Part shown: positions 13,193-27,160 of the stretch, in pieces
Position numbering within the stretch: the first letter of the stretch is position 1
Layout: every line of letters starts with the position of its first letter
Notes under the pieces: model-generated
Databases searched by the model: none
Told to the model about the DNA's origin: nothing
What the model saw: only the letters and a program-made list of their open reading frames with translations
Position numbers and translations under genes: made by a program
Assembly: GCA_951406725.2 (NCBI GenBank)
Contig: OX597815.1
Span: 110,608,001-110,672,000 of the forward strand
Source: Octopus vulgaris
Taxonomy: Eukaryota
Direction of reading: 5' to 3'
DNA length: 64,000 bases

Positions 13193-13730
13193 TTTCATTT
13201 ATAGAAACAGTAAAGAAAACAAAGCCTCAGAATTTGGAGAAGGGAACAGCTGACCCCCTCCCCCGGTCGCTTTTTTTTTTATCGACCACGAAAGAAAGAC
13301 ATATATGAGGCCTTCTTAATGGAAAATTTTATATTAACATAAGCCAATCATTCGAAGCAGTTACCTTTTAATTGAAGCTTTCTAATAACCTCTTTAACAA
13401 ACTTACAGATGCACAGACAATCACAAACCGTCTACTAGAAGACTTAGATGTGCCTTCATTATACAACAGATTCAATAACTCCGCAAAAAAAAAAAATTAA
13501 CAAAATATATAGATGATTATACTGCACGAAACTTTGACTTATCACTTCAAATAATAAGAATTATTGACAAAGGCGCATGCATGGCTGTGTGGTAAGACGT
13601 TTGCTTCCCAACTACATGGTTCTGGTTCAGTCCCACTCCGTGGCACCTTGCGAAAGTGTCTCTTCTACTATAGACTTGAGTTGCCCAAATCCTTATGAGT
13701 GGATTTTGTAGACAGAAGCTGAAAGGAGCC

Positions 13731-13764
<34 letters not shown>

Positions 13765-13767
<3 letters not shown>

Positions 13768-14008
13768 GAAAAAAATCACGGTAGAAAATGCTAAAATTAT
13801 TTTATAGAAAACATTTCAGTACCGGTTTCAGTCATTGAGACTTCTTCAACAGTAAGCATGGAAAACAATTAAATTTTGGAAAAATTAAACGAAAAGTTAT
13901 TTAAAAGAATATTTGCATAGTATTCCAATACAAGGGGCATTTTCCTTATTTCTGCCTGTCTCTGTCTCTGGTTCGAGGTCGTTGTGAATTCTTGGCAGAG
14001 AAGAAGAA
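13765..14008 (-). mobile_element. Short (TA)n-flanked cassette with a degenerate minimal hammerhead at 13817-13853
   Basis: Minus strand UUGAAGA-AGUC-ucaau-GACU-GAAA-CCGG-UA; (TA)n on both sides; stem I pairing is poor. Confidence 0.45.
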
Positions 14009-14025
14009 TATATATATATATATAT

Positions 14026-14315
14026 CACCGTGACCGACCAGGCTATCAGATGTTGTTACACATCGCTGGTCACAATGCGCTTCACATTGTTTTAGACTTC
14101 AAATGATGCCACCCCGCTGGCTAAGCGAGCAGGCCAACAGAAGAAAGAGTGAGAGAAAGTTGTGGCGAAAGAGTACAGCAGGGATCGCCACCACCCCCTG
14201 ACGGAGCCTCGTGGAGCTTTAGCTCAATAAACACTCAGAACGCCTGGTCTGGGAATCGAAACCGCGATCCTCCGACCGCGAGTCCGCTGCCCTAACCACT
14301 GGGCCATTGCGCCTC
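14026..14315 (-). mobile_element. tRNA-derived SINE, family C (tRNA-Arg-like head)
   Basis: Minus-strand head GAGGCGCAATGGCCCAGTGGTTAGGGCAGCGGACTCGCGGTCGGAGGATCGCGGTTTCGATTCCC with A and B boxes; a second copy is at 16713-16830. Confidence 0.8.
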
Positions 14316-14316
14316 G

Positions 14317-14374
<58 letters not shown>

Positions 14375-14394
14375 TATAAATATATATATGTATA

Positions 14395-14460
<66 letters not shown>

Positions 14461-14480
14461 TATACATATATATACATATA

Positions 14481-14522
<42 letters not shown>

Positions 14523-14554
14523 TATACATATATATACATATATATACATATATA

Positions 14555-14591
<37 letters not shown>
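14317..14591. repeat. (TA)n microsatellite
   Basis: Direct inspection. Confidence 0.95.
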
Positions 14592-14594
<3 letters not shown>

Positions 14595-15037
14595 TCTGTG
14601 TCTTTGTGTCTGAGTTTGTCCCCCACCTCTTGACAACTGGTGTTGGTGTGTTTACGTCTCCTAACTTGGCGGTTCGGCAAAAGAGGGCAATAGAATAAGT
14701 ACCAGGCTTACAAAGATAAAACCTGGGATCGATTTGTACGGCGAAAACCCTTCAAGGCGGTTCCCAGAATGACCGTAGTCTAATAACTGAAACGAGTAAA
14801 ATATAAAAGACAAGTAGTATATATCAAGCAGCATCAAAATCGAGTCGATGGTGTGACGGACATTAGACGGAGAAGTGAGTAGTTCACATCGTTTAACGGT
14901 TACTGAATGTGAACTTAAGCTATCAACGACTGAGTTCATCTTTGTGAAATTATATAACCCGTCCGGTGACTTGAACAGATGACTGGATTTTATTTTGTAG
15001 AGCAGCATTCAGGATTTCTCCCTACAATTGAAAGGCA

Positions 15038-15235
<198 letters not shown>

Positions 15236-16712
15236 TCATGATCACGATGTTAGTCTTGAGTCGACCTATAATGCAAACGGAATCAAACGTGACCATCCTA
15301 CATTGCTCTATGTGTCTTTTACTTCGTAAAAAAAACTAGGTGCAACTCGAAGTAATTTGGCTGCTATTGGTAGCATGTCGAGCGAAAACATTAAAGCACC
15401 CCACTTTTTTAGCTGGAAATTGAGGGATGCTTTTCCAGTTGGAGGTTTCTAACCTATTTGTTTATATCGTTAGTTCCTAACCACACATCCCTAGGAAATA
15501 TTTTATTAACGTTCGCGTCTCTTACAAAATATCACATTTGAAGATAAAAAAAAACAAAAGTTTTATAATAACCGATCTATTTTATAAATTGAACCACTTA
15601 CAGATACAATAATGCCGGCAAACAAATTGAATTGGCAACCGTTTTGGACTTAGTGCATAAAATGCAAATGTACAAAAAAATAGACAAAAAAATAAATAAA
15701 TAAACACTAGCAACGTTCGAAATGTTAAAGAATTACATATGCTATTTGACTTACTCTAGCAAATTGAGTCGCGTGAGATTAACGATGGACTGCCTTTACC
15801 TCTTTGAACCGGAGTAAGACTACCTACATTAATCATTATATACAAATGCAATGAATCAATGAAATATTTAAACATCTCTGAACTGCTTTAAGACAATATA
15901 CAAAGATCATTGTGTGTTAATTTAATCAATGGGCTTTCTAGGCATCTCTAAACAGAAGTAAAACAATCTTCAGTGATCTTCGTGTACTAGTTTAATCAAT
16001 GAGCTGCTATACATCTTTAGCTGTTGTAAGACGATACACATGAATCAAATGTCTATTAGGTATAACTACTAAGTTGGCTGTACGGCTTTAAGCCGATGTA
16101 AAAGAAAAATAAATATGCTAAAAACTGAGATGAAATCAAGTTAAGGCCTCGCTTCTATGTAGTCCCTCCATCGGCGGGATACAACGTAGCTTCTATTTTG
16201 TCTCAACGTCAAAAATGTTACAGATAGAATGTCTTTGGTATATAGGTTTAACTGGCGAGATTACCGAGTGGCTTTGTATCGTGATATTATAAAACAGCAA
16301 CAACTGCAGCTGCAGCAGCAGCAGCAGCAACAGCAGCAATAACAACGACAACAACAACAAAAAGATCAACCGAATTAATGCTCAGTTTGAATTTTCGAAG
16401 TTTGATACGTAGATGCATAGGTTAAAAAATGATGAAATAAATGCATGTATAAACGTTCCATGGAGCGGAATTCTGTTTTAAAAACATTTGTAAAATGCTT
16501 TTAGCAAAATTTGAAGGATTATGCAAAATAAGGAAGACAAAAGAGAAGAAAACCATTGCATCGAGCGGGATGTATTATGAAGCATGTCCGTTTAGAGCAA
16601 CATATGCTATTATGGTCGAAGCAGAAGAGACAAAGGTTAAAAACTGTAAGTAGTGGTTATGAAGGAGTGAAGCTTCTAACTGTTAGCAAGATTTTATTTT
16701 TTTTATGCGCCC

Positions 16713-16830
16713 TTTTCAAGCCTAGCCAGCTTTAGGTGTTTTCGCTCAATAAACAAACACAACGCCCGGTCTGGGAATCGAAACTGCGATCCTCCAACTG
16801 CGAGTCCGCTGCCCTAACCGCTGGGCCATT
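16713..16830 (-). mobile_element. Truncated family-C SINE (tRNA head)
   Basis: Near-identical to 14215-14308. Confidence 0.75.
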
Positions 16831-18966
16831 CTTTAGTATAGTTTTAGGATTTTTAGAGTTTGTATCTGCAATTTTGCTAGCAGTATACTGTAAGGAACAT
16901 ATACCCTGTAGGAAGGCAATTATTGATCAAAGTTGTTTCTCATCTTGAGTGAAATAATCTTAGGAAAAATTATAGAAATTTGGTTACCAATGTTGTGAAG
17001 GTATGCAGGTCAGTAAACTAAAGGAGAGAGAAATGTTTTGGTTAGTTGTACATGAGTATGCAGAGTGTAGACTTGCAAGATTGCTTCCTTGATATGTATA
17101 AAGATTATGTTTTACTATTGTTGAAGGTAAGCAGCCATTAGGAGATGTTTCAAGCTGTGCAAGTCTAGTTTGAATTGTTTATATTACAAAGTGACTGACA
17201 CATATGAATGGGACGTTACGGAAGGGTGAAATTTATATATGTACAGAGGTTTGTGCTATAAGTAGCTAATGGATGCACAATGAAGAAAATAAGACTCAGA
17301 TATCTGAGGTTACTCATAGTTCATAGAACGTGAACGAATAACAACCAAATCAAGGTGCGGTGCGATTGAGCACTCTCGTTGAAAACACCTGATCAAGATA
17401 TGAGAAAAAGCTGACAGGTATGAAACCTAAAGATTTCTCAAGCAATGAAATGTCGAATGTATCGAGGGTGCCAATAATAACAATATTCATTTTGTTAAAG
17501 TTCTAAAAAGCGATCACTGGCTCTATAGAAAATAGATAACGTAGTGAACTGAGCTTCCGTTAAATTAAAAACAAATTTAAAGGATAGTATGATATAAGGA
17601 TAGTATGGTCAGAAAATTTACGTTTGATGGAATGGAACACAGGTTTTAGTATTTTACGGTAGATTAATAATTAGATTTAGTCTTTGAAATATTTGTACCT
17701 TGTAATAGTGTGTAAGTTTTGAGGGTTAAGGTAGAGTTGATGTAGAAAGTATAAGAAAAGTTTCGTTACGTGTGTGCAAGCAAAGTAGGAAGCAAATATC
17801 AACACCTTTTGCATTGTAGTAATGTTCTTAGTTGTTGGAAACAGCGCAGGCATTACAGATGGAATTTGAGAAGCTGTGTCATTGCATAAAGGCATTCTTG
17901 CTTTCCGGATTAACTCTCAGATATTGTGATTATTGGTACACACTTTCCACATGGAAGTGGCAGAAGCGAACGAAAACTGTTATGGTTCATCACTAATTTT
18001 ATGAACAATTTTGCTTTACTTCACTCCACAGTCGGCAAAAGTATGTATAAATAACACGCGGTTGCACTTTCAACCAACTGTATGAATGTTGATAATCTTC
18101 AAGCAGAACACCCCTTTGGGCGTCTGCAAAAATCCTTTTAGTTTCTCTCAAAATCCTCCTTGTATTTCAGAGTATAGGAAATGACGTGATCTGAGACCGT
18201 GTTTGAAACTGCTGCAGCTGCCCCATGGAAGAGCCATTTCTTAACAAACCTGACAAATTCACTTTAAATTTATATCATGAGTTGTCAACAAAGTTTTGGC
18301 GGGGCAAGCACTACCTGGTTACTGATATGTCAATGACCATGTCGCAGGTGTGTGACGGAAATTTTGACACCTCACAAAATATATGAAAAGTAAATTTAAA
18401 TTCTTTGTGTCTTATTAAATGGCTTATGGAGCAATACCTACAACAATATTTTATTTTGCATTGTCACATACTTTAAAGTATGCCCCCTACTAATAAAAAT
18501 AAAAGCAAACATATTCCCTCAATAGATTCACAACTAATTCAATAGTCCTTTGAAAAAGAAATTTAGATCCTTAACGTACTAAAGATAATGAGAACGTTAA
18601 GAAGTACTGAATGCACGTTCGTGAACAAAATATTCTGTTTGACTACGACATTTATTTTAATGTCATACATAATCTCATTGTGCAACATTTAAATAAGATA
18701 TGGGCACATTACTGCCCATTCCTTTTTCGTATTTCACTGTTATTCCCATTTAAAATGAAACAGTTGTGATGTCATAAGAAAAAAATATATTTATGCAGAT
18801 GTAATGATTACATATATTTATGTCTATGTATATACACATATATATATACTATATATCTGTATGTCTGCGCGCGTGCCCGTGTGTGTGTGTAAATATATAT
18901 ATGTATGTACATACATATCTCGCCGTCAGAGCATAGACATGTGCTTCCTGCGGCTATAAGCGCTTT

Positions 18967-19022
<56 letters not shown>

Positions 19023-19326
19023 TATTATTATTATTATTATTATTATAAACACACAGATATACACAAACACAAACACAAACACACGCACACACACACACGC
19101 ACACACGCACACACACACACACACACACACACCACACACATATCGAGTTGGCCAAAGATTCTGTTATGTTTTTGTCAACTCTAAACTTCGAGGTTTCTGA
19201 TAAGTAGCTAATTTTAATTTGTCCCTTGCACATGTGCACTCGTTAGATACTTAACAGTTCAACGTAGTTCGACGGATACGTGCGATGAGGCGGGTTGTGT
19301 GTTATACCCTTGGGATCCCTTTGAAA

Positions 19327-19830
19327 ATGGGGAATCAAATCGGCAATATCAAAACTTCATGCATTTTTTAAAGAGGCAAGAATGCAGCAGAGACCTGCAG
19401 GCAGATTTGCGCTGTGTATGAAGAGGATGCTGTTATGGAACGTGAGTGGCATAAGTCGTTTTTAAGATTTCGATTAAGATATTTTTCGGCTCAAGGTACA
19501 TCTCGCTCTGGCCCAGTCATCTAAGATGAACAGCGACACAAACCCCGTTATATGGCCAAGATGATCGCAGATATATTCCAAATGTCAAAATCGAGTGTTG
19601 TAAACCATCTGCATCCACTTGGCGACGTCAACAGACTCGATGTTTCGTTTCACATCAATTGAATGAGGCTAACATGTTCAACGGATTTCCATCTGTGATT
19701 CGTTGCAGAAACATGAAGAAAACTATCCTCTTTTGAAGAGAATGAGACATGGTATGAAAGATAGATCGTATTTAACATTATGAAACGCAAATGATTACGA
19801 GGGAAGTGCGGCGAACCACCATTTAAGTTA
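19327..19830 (+). pseudogene. Degenerate mariner transposase, N-terminal part
   Basis: KRGKNAAETCRQICAVYEEDAVMER...RFR...RSG (mariner HTH region), then patchy similarity with frameshifts. Confidence 0.75.
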
Positions 19831-20775
19831 CCATTTCAAAAACTATATGAAGGGAGAGAGAGTGTATGTGCCTGTGTCTTGACTAAATATCGAGGTGAGT
19901 TGCTACTATTCAAGCTGATAGTACTTCTAGCCTAAGAATTGGCGGCACCATAGCATATACTCTAAACCATGGAGATTAAATACTTGTTTCATAGTATTAT
20001 ACAATATGCATTCAAATATACCGCTTAATCTTATTTGTTAGTTGTACCCTGCTGCCCACGGAATACATATAAGGAAAGAATTAAACGGTGAAAGGTTAAT
20101 TTTTTAACTTAGTTCATGCTGTCCCGTTGCTTTTGAGATTTAAAACACTAGACAGAAATTTGATTCGAGCAGTGCTTCATATGGTTGAAATGGTATTCGC
20201 TATCAGCTGTTCATTGTTCTGTTACATGCTAATGTTATTTTCTGTTGCTATTCTATACAAACTTTTCTATTGGTATTCTATATTTATCGTTTGCGACTAG
20301 ATTCCAGATAAATGACACTTCTAGTGATTGATTGAAATTTCTATGAGCTCTGTTGAACCACTCTAATTGCCATATATTGATGTTGATTTTATTATAGACT
20401 AAATGTGCGCAAATGTTGGAATTTCGAGAGAAAACTGTAACTTAGTATGTCACATACCTTTCCCTGAGATAGTTATGCCCAAAGAGAAATCATTTATATT
20501 TACTGGTAACTGATATCTAATCAGCACTCAACCCAAGAACAATCTGCTTGCTGTTCTTTATATACTGCTTGTTCTTGTAAAATTCGTCAAAGAGCGTATG
20601 AGAATAGAACAACAAAGAATCACATAAATATGTTTCGTTTATATTTCAAATAAAATAAAAACTTGCTCTCTTCCTTAAAATGCATTTAGAAAATAATTAG
20701 TTTGAATGAATACATTATCTAAGAAAACTTTTGTTATGTTCTGTCTACATTTTCCAAAGAATTTGAACTCAACCT

Positions 20776-20834
<59 letters not shown>

Positions 20835-22912
20835 TTTCTTTTCTTCTTTTTTTTTCAATCCAAGCTATACAACTCTCAGATTTTTGCAGAATGTGTTCTT
20901 ATCTTGAAATGCCAGCTGTACTATTATTACATTTTTATGAACTTCCTTCGTGAACTCCTGATATTTTGGGGGAACTTGCCTGTACTTTCTATCTTTTTAT
21001 GTCTTATTTACTGTTTTTTACTGCTTTCTTCACTTCCTTTACCTTCGTTTGACTAACAAGAAGATTCACAACAATAATAAGAATATGTTCTAAAGAAGCA
21101 GTGGTAGCCGTTGAAATGAAAACATTCTGAAAGGGGAATAATGATGTGAAAACTGGAAGTGTGGAATAAAGACGAAAACTTTACTGGCGGTTTGAAAGTA
21201 ATAGTATATTGCGAAAATGATTTCTTAGAATTAAAAAAGCTCAAATCACATGGGATACAAACATGCAGTTTTGTAATACAGTTTTTTTTATCTAAGAAAA
21301 TAACGTTATCCATTAATAAGTTAATGCTAAAACTTGATGTTAGAAATAAAATGGCATGGTAAATGAGTATTAGGATTAAAATATCTATTAAGATTATGGT
21401 GAACTTACCAGTAATCTACAAAGCTGGAAAGTGTAAAGTTGTGATGAAAAATCAGAGGATTGCGCCGGTACTGCAAAGCTAGAGAGGTTACTTTCATGTG
21501 ACAACTATGCGACCAACTGGCACTTCAAGATATGAACATGTTCTGCAACAGTGAAGGCCGTGTAACTTGGATTTGAAAGAAAAAAAGAAAAATAAAGGTA
21601 AGGTTGAGTTAAAACATAAATTCGATCCACATTTACAGCCACTGTACTTGAAACGGAAGAATGCCATGAACATTGCAGCTTCATAGTTTCTCCTTCCTCT
21701 AAAGCAAGGTTGGGAAAAGTTTTCGTATGAGGGTCAAATTGCAAGTGCATAAGAACCCTTGCGGACGCAAATGTGCTGAAATAAAAAACAAAGACTAAAT
21801 AAGCATTTTTAATTTTGCGAATTCATATGTTTGTTATACTTAACTAATATATTTACCAACTATTTTAGTCTTAGGGCTTAAATGGTTTATTTTCATGTGA
21901 TTTTAGACAGACTTTGAGAGCAGGCGGTCTTAAACTGAATGCTGTTGAAATTTCGTGAGACTTCTCCGGTTTCGCTTCCTGTAATGCGTAAACCATTTGT
22001 ATCTGGTTCAATTTAAGAACGCTTAACTAAATACAATCATTCAAAAGGTTTGTCAGCAAAAACAGCAGTTAATTCATGGTGAGCCATGAGGATTGAAATA
22101 CCCCCACCAGAACCACATTTGGAACTGTACGACTAATTTTCAAAACCTGAACGGAAAGTGGTTGCCCCCACTTTTGCTATTGTTGTCATTGTTGATGTTT
22201 AGCCCCAATTAAGTTCAGATCAAAGTATTTCATCATTAAAAATAAATCCAGCTGTGAGCCTAATTTTCAACTAAATATCAACCGAGTACTGACGCTGCTT
22301 TCACCCACTCCAGCTGTCTCTTCCTTCATATTCCCCTGAGTCAAGAGCGAAGGATCCGAGAAGTTATAAACAAATGCAAACAGGAGAATTTGCAACTTGT
22401 AGAAATCGCTGTATTACAAATAGATTAACATTGAACACGTAGTACAATCTACCAGAGAGAACATAATGTCATGTAATAAAACTACAAACTTTCAACGAAG
22501 GATTCTGCTGGAAATCTCACTCAAATCATATTCTGCCACATTAGTAATAGATGACATATTGGATAAGGTAGAAAAGACCAACAATATTTTATAAATAAAT
22601 GGAATGGCAATGTTTAGAAGACCCTGGCCAATCAGGACTGATCTGTGGTTAATCATCAACTACAACAAGCACGCTGTGAAACCCTCAGTAATGAAAGTTA
22701 GAAATGACATGTCAAGTCTTACTAATCAAACTGACCTGTGGCGAAGCATGTTAAGGAGATACTGCTCCGTGGTTACTGGATTTGCCAGAAATAGCAGGCG
22801 AATTTCCTTAAATTAGACTCTGTCATTTTACACATAGATATATAGAAAGAAAATATTTGATTATATGTTTCTTACAAAATAGGAAAAATGCGAGTTGATC
22901 ACGGTTACGTTA

Positions 22913-23870
22913 CACAACCTAACAGATAATTTGTTGTCAGGAGGTTTTTATCTGATTTTAAGGTTTTTTGATAAGCTGAATCCAAAAAAACGCGATCAAT
23001 TTTCTTATCATCACGTTTAGATTTACACGAACACGATCTTTAAATGTTGTTGAAGAGCTTTGAGTTCAACCGAGAAAAATAATTCTACCCTCACTCCATG
23101 TCAGACATGAAGCAGTTTGTCACTGCTGTGGATAAAGATGGACCATGCCTTTGCTATATCTGCAGTACATTTCTCGGTTTGAGCCATGAAAAGATAAAAG
23201 CTTGAAATATTTGAAGTGCCACAAATCAGAAAATTGACGAAATATGGAAACTTTGTAAATTCAATGAATTGCATTGAAGCAGCTGTATTGAATTCATCTG
23301 TAATAGTTGTAAATGACTTTCTGAGTAACAAGAAAGCAACCGACTATGCCGAAATACTCGACAACATGCTGGAGAACTTTCAAAATTTGGGAGCAGCTAT
23401 GTGTAAATTCCTTCAAAATCTCGATGACATTAGTGACGAACAGATTGAATATTTCCATCAGGACATACAATCAATGGAATAAAGGACTTGTATATGATGG
23501 TGGAGTATTGTTGGAACTTGGCTTATGATCTTTCCAGGGTTCTGCACTCAGGAAAATAATCCGAACGCAAATTCATGGTAAATTAGGCATAAACAATGAT
23601 GTGAATTGTAAAAGTTTAAGATTTTTACTAGCTTCTCAGGAGAATTTTAAGAAAACATTTTGGTTTTGATGAAAAACCAATTTCTATGTATGTTTGCATA
23701 TTATATCTTGTTACTAATAAGCTGTTTTACTGAAAAACTAATGAAATTCCAACGATCTAATTTCTTAAAATCTTGACGGGATGGTAATAAATGAATATCA
23801 TTTTCAGATTCTGTGAGTTAAAAATCCCCTAGTTCAAGACTAAACTTTTTGACCACAGAGAAAACATTTA
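22913..23870 (+). mobile_element. Internally deleted Chapaev-3 (CMC) DNA transposon carrying a C-terminal transposase relic
   Basis: EKIILP.LH..MKQFVTAVDKDGPC...LSHEKIKA.IF..PQIRKL...FLSNKK..DYAEILDNMLENFQNLG..M...NLDDISDEQ.E.FHQDIQSME...MM.EYCW; degenerate inverted terminal sequences. Confidence 0.8.
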
Positions 23871-23989
23871 TGGTTGGCGGGTGCTACATTTGATGGATTT
23901 GTAAAATTAGGTTCACCTGGAGTTAAGCAACAACAAAAACCTCCAATAACGAAGGAACGGAAACTTGGGATAAATCGAAATCTGATATT

Positions 23990-24197
23990 TAAATCGTTGG
24001 CGATCACCCCGCCCCCCGTCTTCCTTTTCTATTGGACTTTTCTCTGTCTCCTGTTTCTGAAGAAGAGCTTTGCTCGAAACATAAAACCACTTTCCTTTCC
24101 TTCCCTGAGCGCTTGCTAATAAATACTTTAGATGTACCACGTCCTTACGTTGTTGCTTTTTTGTGTTTGTTCTTCGTTTCTGGGGGATTTATATATA
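23990..24197 (+). mobile_element. Penelope pLTR-like short element with a minimal hammerhead
   Basis: Collinear homology with the reverse complement of 54762-54962; ends in tatatata. Confidence 0.55.
24053..24087 (+). ncRNA. Minimal type-I hammerhead-like motif
   Basis: GUUU-CUGAAGA-a-GAGC-uuu-GCUC-GAAA-CA-UA-AAAC. Confidence 0.6.
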
Positions 24198-24387
24198 GTC
24201 TATTTGAGACTATATAGACTATAAGCGTCAAACAATTTGGACCCTCAAGTAGACACTAGTGATATCAGATAGCCGATAGTGTCCCATCTCCACCAAGTAA
24301 CTCTCATTCTACAACACCATCATCTCCACCGTTGTCACTCACACATTTAATCTATATTTTTTGTGGCAAAAACGTACCCTTTTACAA

Positions 24388-24690
24388 TATTCTTTTCTGC
24401 TCTAGACACAAGACCCGGAATTTTTGTGGAGGGGGTGGGGGCAATCGATTAGATCGACCCTAGTATGCAACTGGTACTTAATCTATCAACCCCAAAAGGA
24501 TGAAAAGCAAAGTTGATCTCGGCAGAATTTGAACTCTGTCTTTACGTTCTGAGTTCAAATTCCACCGAAGTCGACTTTGCCTTTTATCCTTTCGGGACCG
24601 ATTAATTAAGTACCAGTTGTATATTGGGGTCGATCTAATCGACTGGACCTCTCCCCCAAAATTTCGGGCCTTGTGCTCAGAGTACAATAT
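24388..24690. mobile_element. Head-to-head inverted pair of 5'-truncated family-A SINEs
   Basis: A minus copy (24388-24536) joins a plus copy (24537-24690), forming a ~300-bp imperfect palindrome. Confidence 0.85.
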
Positions 24691-24943
24691 TACGATTCAT
24701 ATTTATTTCCTAACGTATTTCTCTGTCAGTATCTTTATGTGTACGTAACGTGTGCATATTTAGAAATGGTTATTTTCATACTTTAAAATGACCGTGTTAC
24801 TTCTTGTTACTGTTTTCGGAACGCATTCTCACTTCGGAGAAAAAAAAAGTCATTGGCTAAGTTAATTTTGCGCTACAGAATTTTGCGTTAGACAAGATTT
24901 TCTGGCGAACATTACTCTGGTAATACGGGGTTTCAAACATACA

Positions 24944-24952
24944 TGCGTGTGT

Positions 24953-25019
<67 letters not shown>

Positions 25020-25064
25020 TGTGTGTGTGTGCGCGTGTGTGTGTGTGTGCGTGTGTGTGTGTGT
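24944..25064. repeat. (TG)n microsatellite
   Basis: Direct inspection. Confidence 0.95.
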
Positions 25065-26947
25065 AGTTAAGACTTCAGTCCGTTGCTATTCGGAATTTCA
25101 TATTTCATTTTTCATGTTAGTCAACTGATTTTGAATGATCTCAAGCGTTTCGTGTATTCATCATTGATTATTGTTGCTGTTTAGCCCCGGGTCAGTCCTG
25201 ACGGAACAGAATCATGATCAAAGGCATACGTGTGTGTGTGTATGTGTGTGTAACTGTTATTATAATCAATTTTTGCTAGTGTAATCACCTGAAAGAACAA
25301 AATGAGAATTCACATACCCTGTGCGCTTGTGTGAGTGTTTGTGCGTGCGTGCTCACGCGTCTGTGTGTATTCGTGTAGAGTGTGCGTGAGGGTGTGAAAG
25401 AGAGAGAGAGACAGACAGATTGACTGACAGAAAGTGAAAGAGTAGGAAAGCATGCATATGCGTTTCCATCTCACTGAAAATTCTTTTTTTTTTGTTTTCG
25501 ATTTCCCCCCTCCCTCTCCGATATATGGTGACAGATAACAAAGAAAGTTTCGGATTATACATATTTAAATAGTTCGATACAATTATATAAAAAAAAAAAA
25601 TCAACCACAAAGGTCCGGAATTATTTTTAATGTACAATGAAGTATTTGAAGCCTGAAAACCCACCTGCTTCATATTGAACAGGTTTCCTTTATAAGCCGT
25701 AACATAATGCATGCATGATTCATTCTAATGAGTTTACAACTCATCTGTTCTCTGGTCTCTGTTCTCTCTTACATGCTACATCATTGGAAGCTCTGAATTT
25801 TGAATGTGCTTGTTTGTTATCTGTTGTTCTTACTGCTACTGTTAACTATTGTCGTTGTTGTTGTTGCGGTGGTGGGTGAGGATGATGATGATAATGATGT
25901 TGATGAGGATGATTATCAGAGTGATAATTTTGATAATGACGGTTATGACAATGATGATTCTGATGGCGATGGCGATGGCGATAACGACAATGGTGTTGAT
26001 ATGAACAAGATAATAATGATGATGATGATGATGATGAAGAGGTGAAAGGAGGAGGTGGAGGAGGAGGAGGAGGTAGTTGCAGTCTTATGACATCTTTGAG
26101 TTAGCGTGCTTATTGATTTCGTCGGTTCGTCGGCTCTGTCTTCGTCGTTATTGTAGTTGTTTTTGTTACTGCTGCTGCTGCTGTTGTTGTTGTTACTGTT
26201 ACTTAGCTACATGTCGGCCCTGACCGGTGTTTCAGCGCATGATTTTGCCGCCATTTTTTTCTGTTGATGGACACAGTGTTCTCTTTTTCTTTTTCTTTTT
26301 TTTTCACTTTTTTAAATAAGAATGTTGTTCACCTTGAATAGAGCATAGTTTGAGAGAGATTTAGCTATTATTTCTTACCGATAGGATGACCACATTGAGA
26401 GTATTGTTATGGCTTTGTGAGTTGAAACGAAATGCCTATTACACAGCAACAAGTAAAGGATGGTGTTATTCTCCTTATTTCGTTACCTAAACTTTAAAAG
26501 GATGATACATTGTTTATGATACAGTGACAAGTTTTATTTATTTATTTATTATTCATTTATTTATTTTCTGTCCACGGGTAATGATGAATTCCAACTTTCA
26601 CCTCAACTACTTTGATGAAAAGAAATGATGAACTGGTATTAGCCGAACCCAGTCATGGCTTTGCAGTCATCTTAGCCCCTTCATATTTAAAGCAACCATA
26701 TTCAGCTTACATATTCTACCTGTTTTCTGTTCAAACCAGCCAGATCTGGTCTCTCACACTTACTCTACAATTTCATTCAAAAAGTAAATAGGCACATAAT
26801 TGAAATCTTGAAGGTATGAGAGAAAACATAATGAATTCAAAATAAGGTGAATAAATGAACATTACTTTTGACAGAGTGATCTGAAAACTAAAGAGTTAAC
26901 GCTCTTAAAAGCTGCACATATAATTGAATTCCATGCTTTGAATTTTA

Positions 26948-27160
26948 CGAGGGTCTGCTGAAAAGTTCCTGGCTTTAAGGGTGTCGCGAAAGGCCTGGTT
27001 GGAGGCCCAACCTTCCGAGTTCTTTTACATAGCTTAGAAAAACTGAAGAACCGCTGCAGTGTGTAAATCTGAGAGGGGTTTACGGTGAATAAAATCATAA
27101 TTAACTGATCCTCTTGCATTTTCTTTTACCGAAAGCCAAGAACTTTTTAGCACCTTATTG
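26948..27160 (+). mobile_element. Mariner-derived MITE
   Basis: TA flanks; TIRs cgagggtctgctgaaaagttcctggcttt / aaagccaagaactttttagcaccttattg; retains transposase C-terminus QPSEFFY...LEKLKNRC..CVNLRGVYGE*. Confidence 0.8.

Larger units (their letters stand above)
13572..14812 (+). mobile_element. CORE-type tRNA-derived SINE, family B, split by nested insertions in its internal (TA)n
   Basis: 5' half 13572-13735 (tggctgtgtggtaag...ggttcagtccc...ccttgcgaaagtgtc) and 3' half 14590-14812 match the two halves of the uninterrupted copy at 37800-38256. Confidence 0.8.

Noticed and set aside
14245-14315. tRNA-Arg-like sequence as a real tRNA gene
   Set aside because: The acceptor stem does not close and the sequence continues into a SINE body, with a second copy at 16713-16830.
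16840-18250. Possible CR1 and Tc1-like relics (WLLTFN fragment, gggtgccaataat end)
   Set aside because: The motifs are too degenerate to assign boundaries or family.
21060-21790. Purine-rich, coding-like stretch after a pyrimidine tract
   Set aside because: Stops occur in all frames and no motif is recognisable; probably a decayed transposase.
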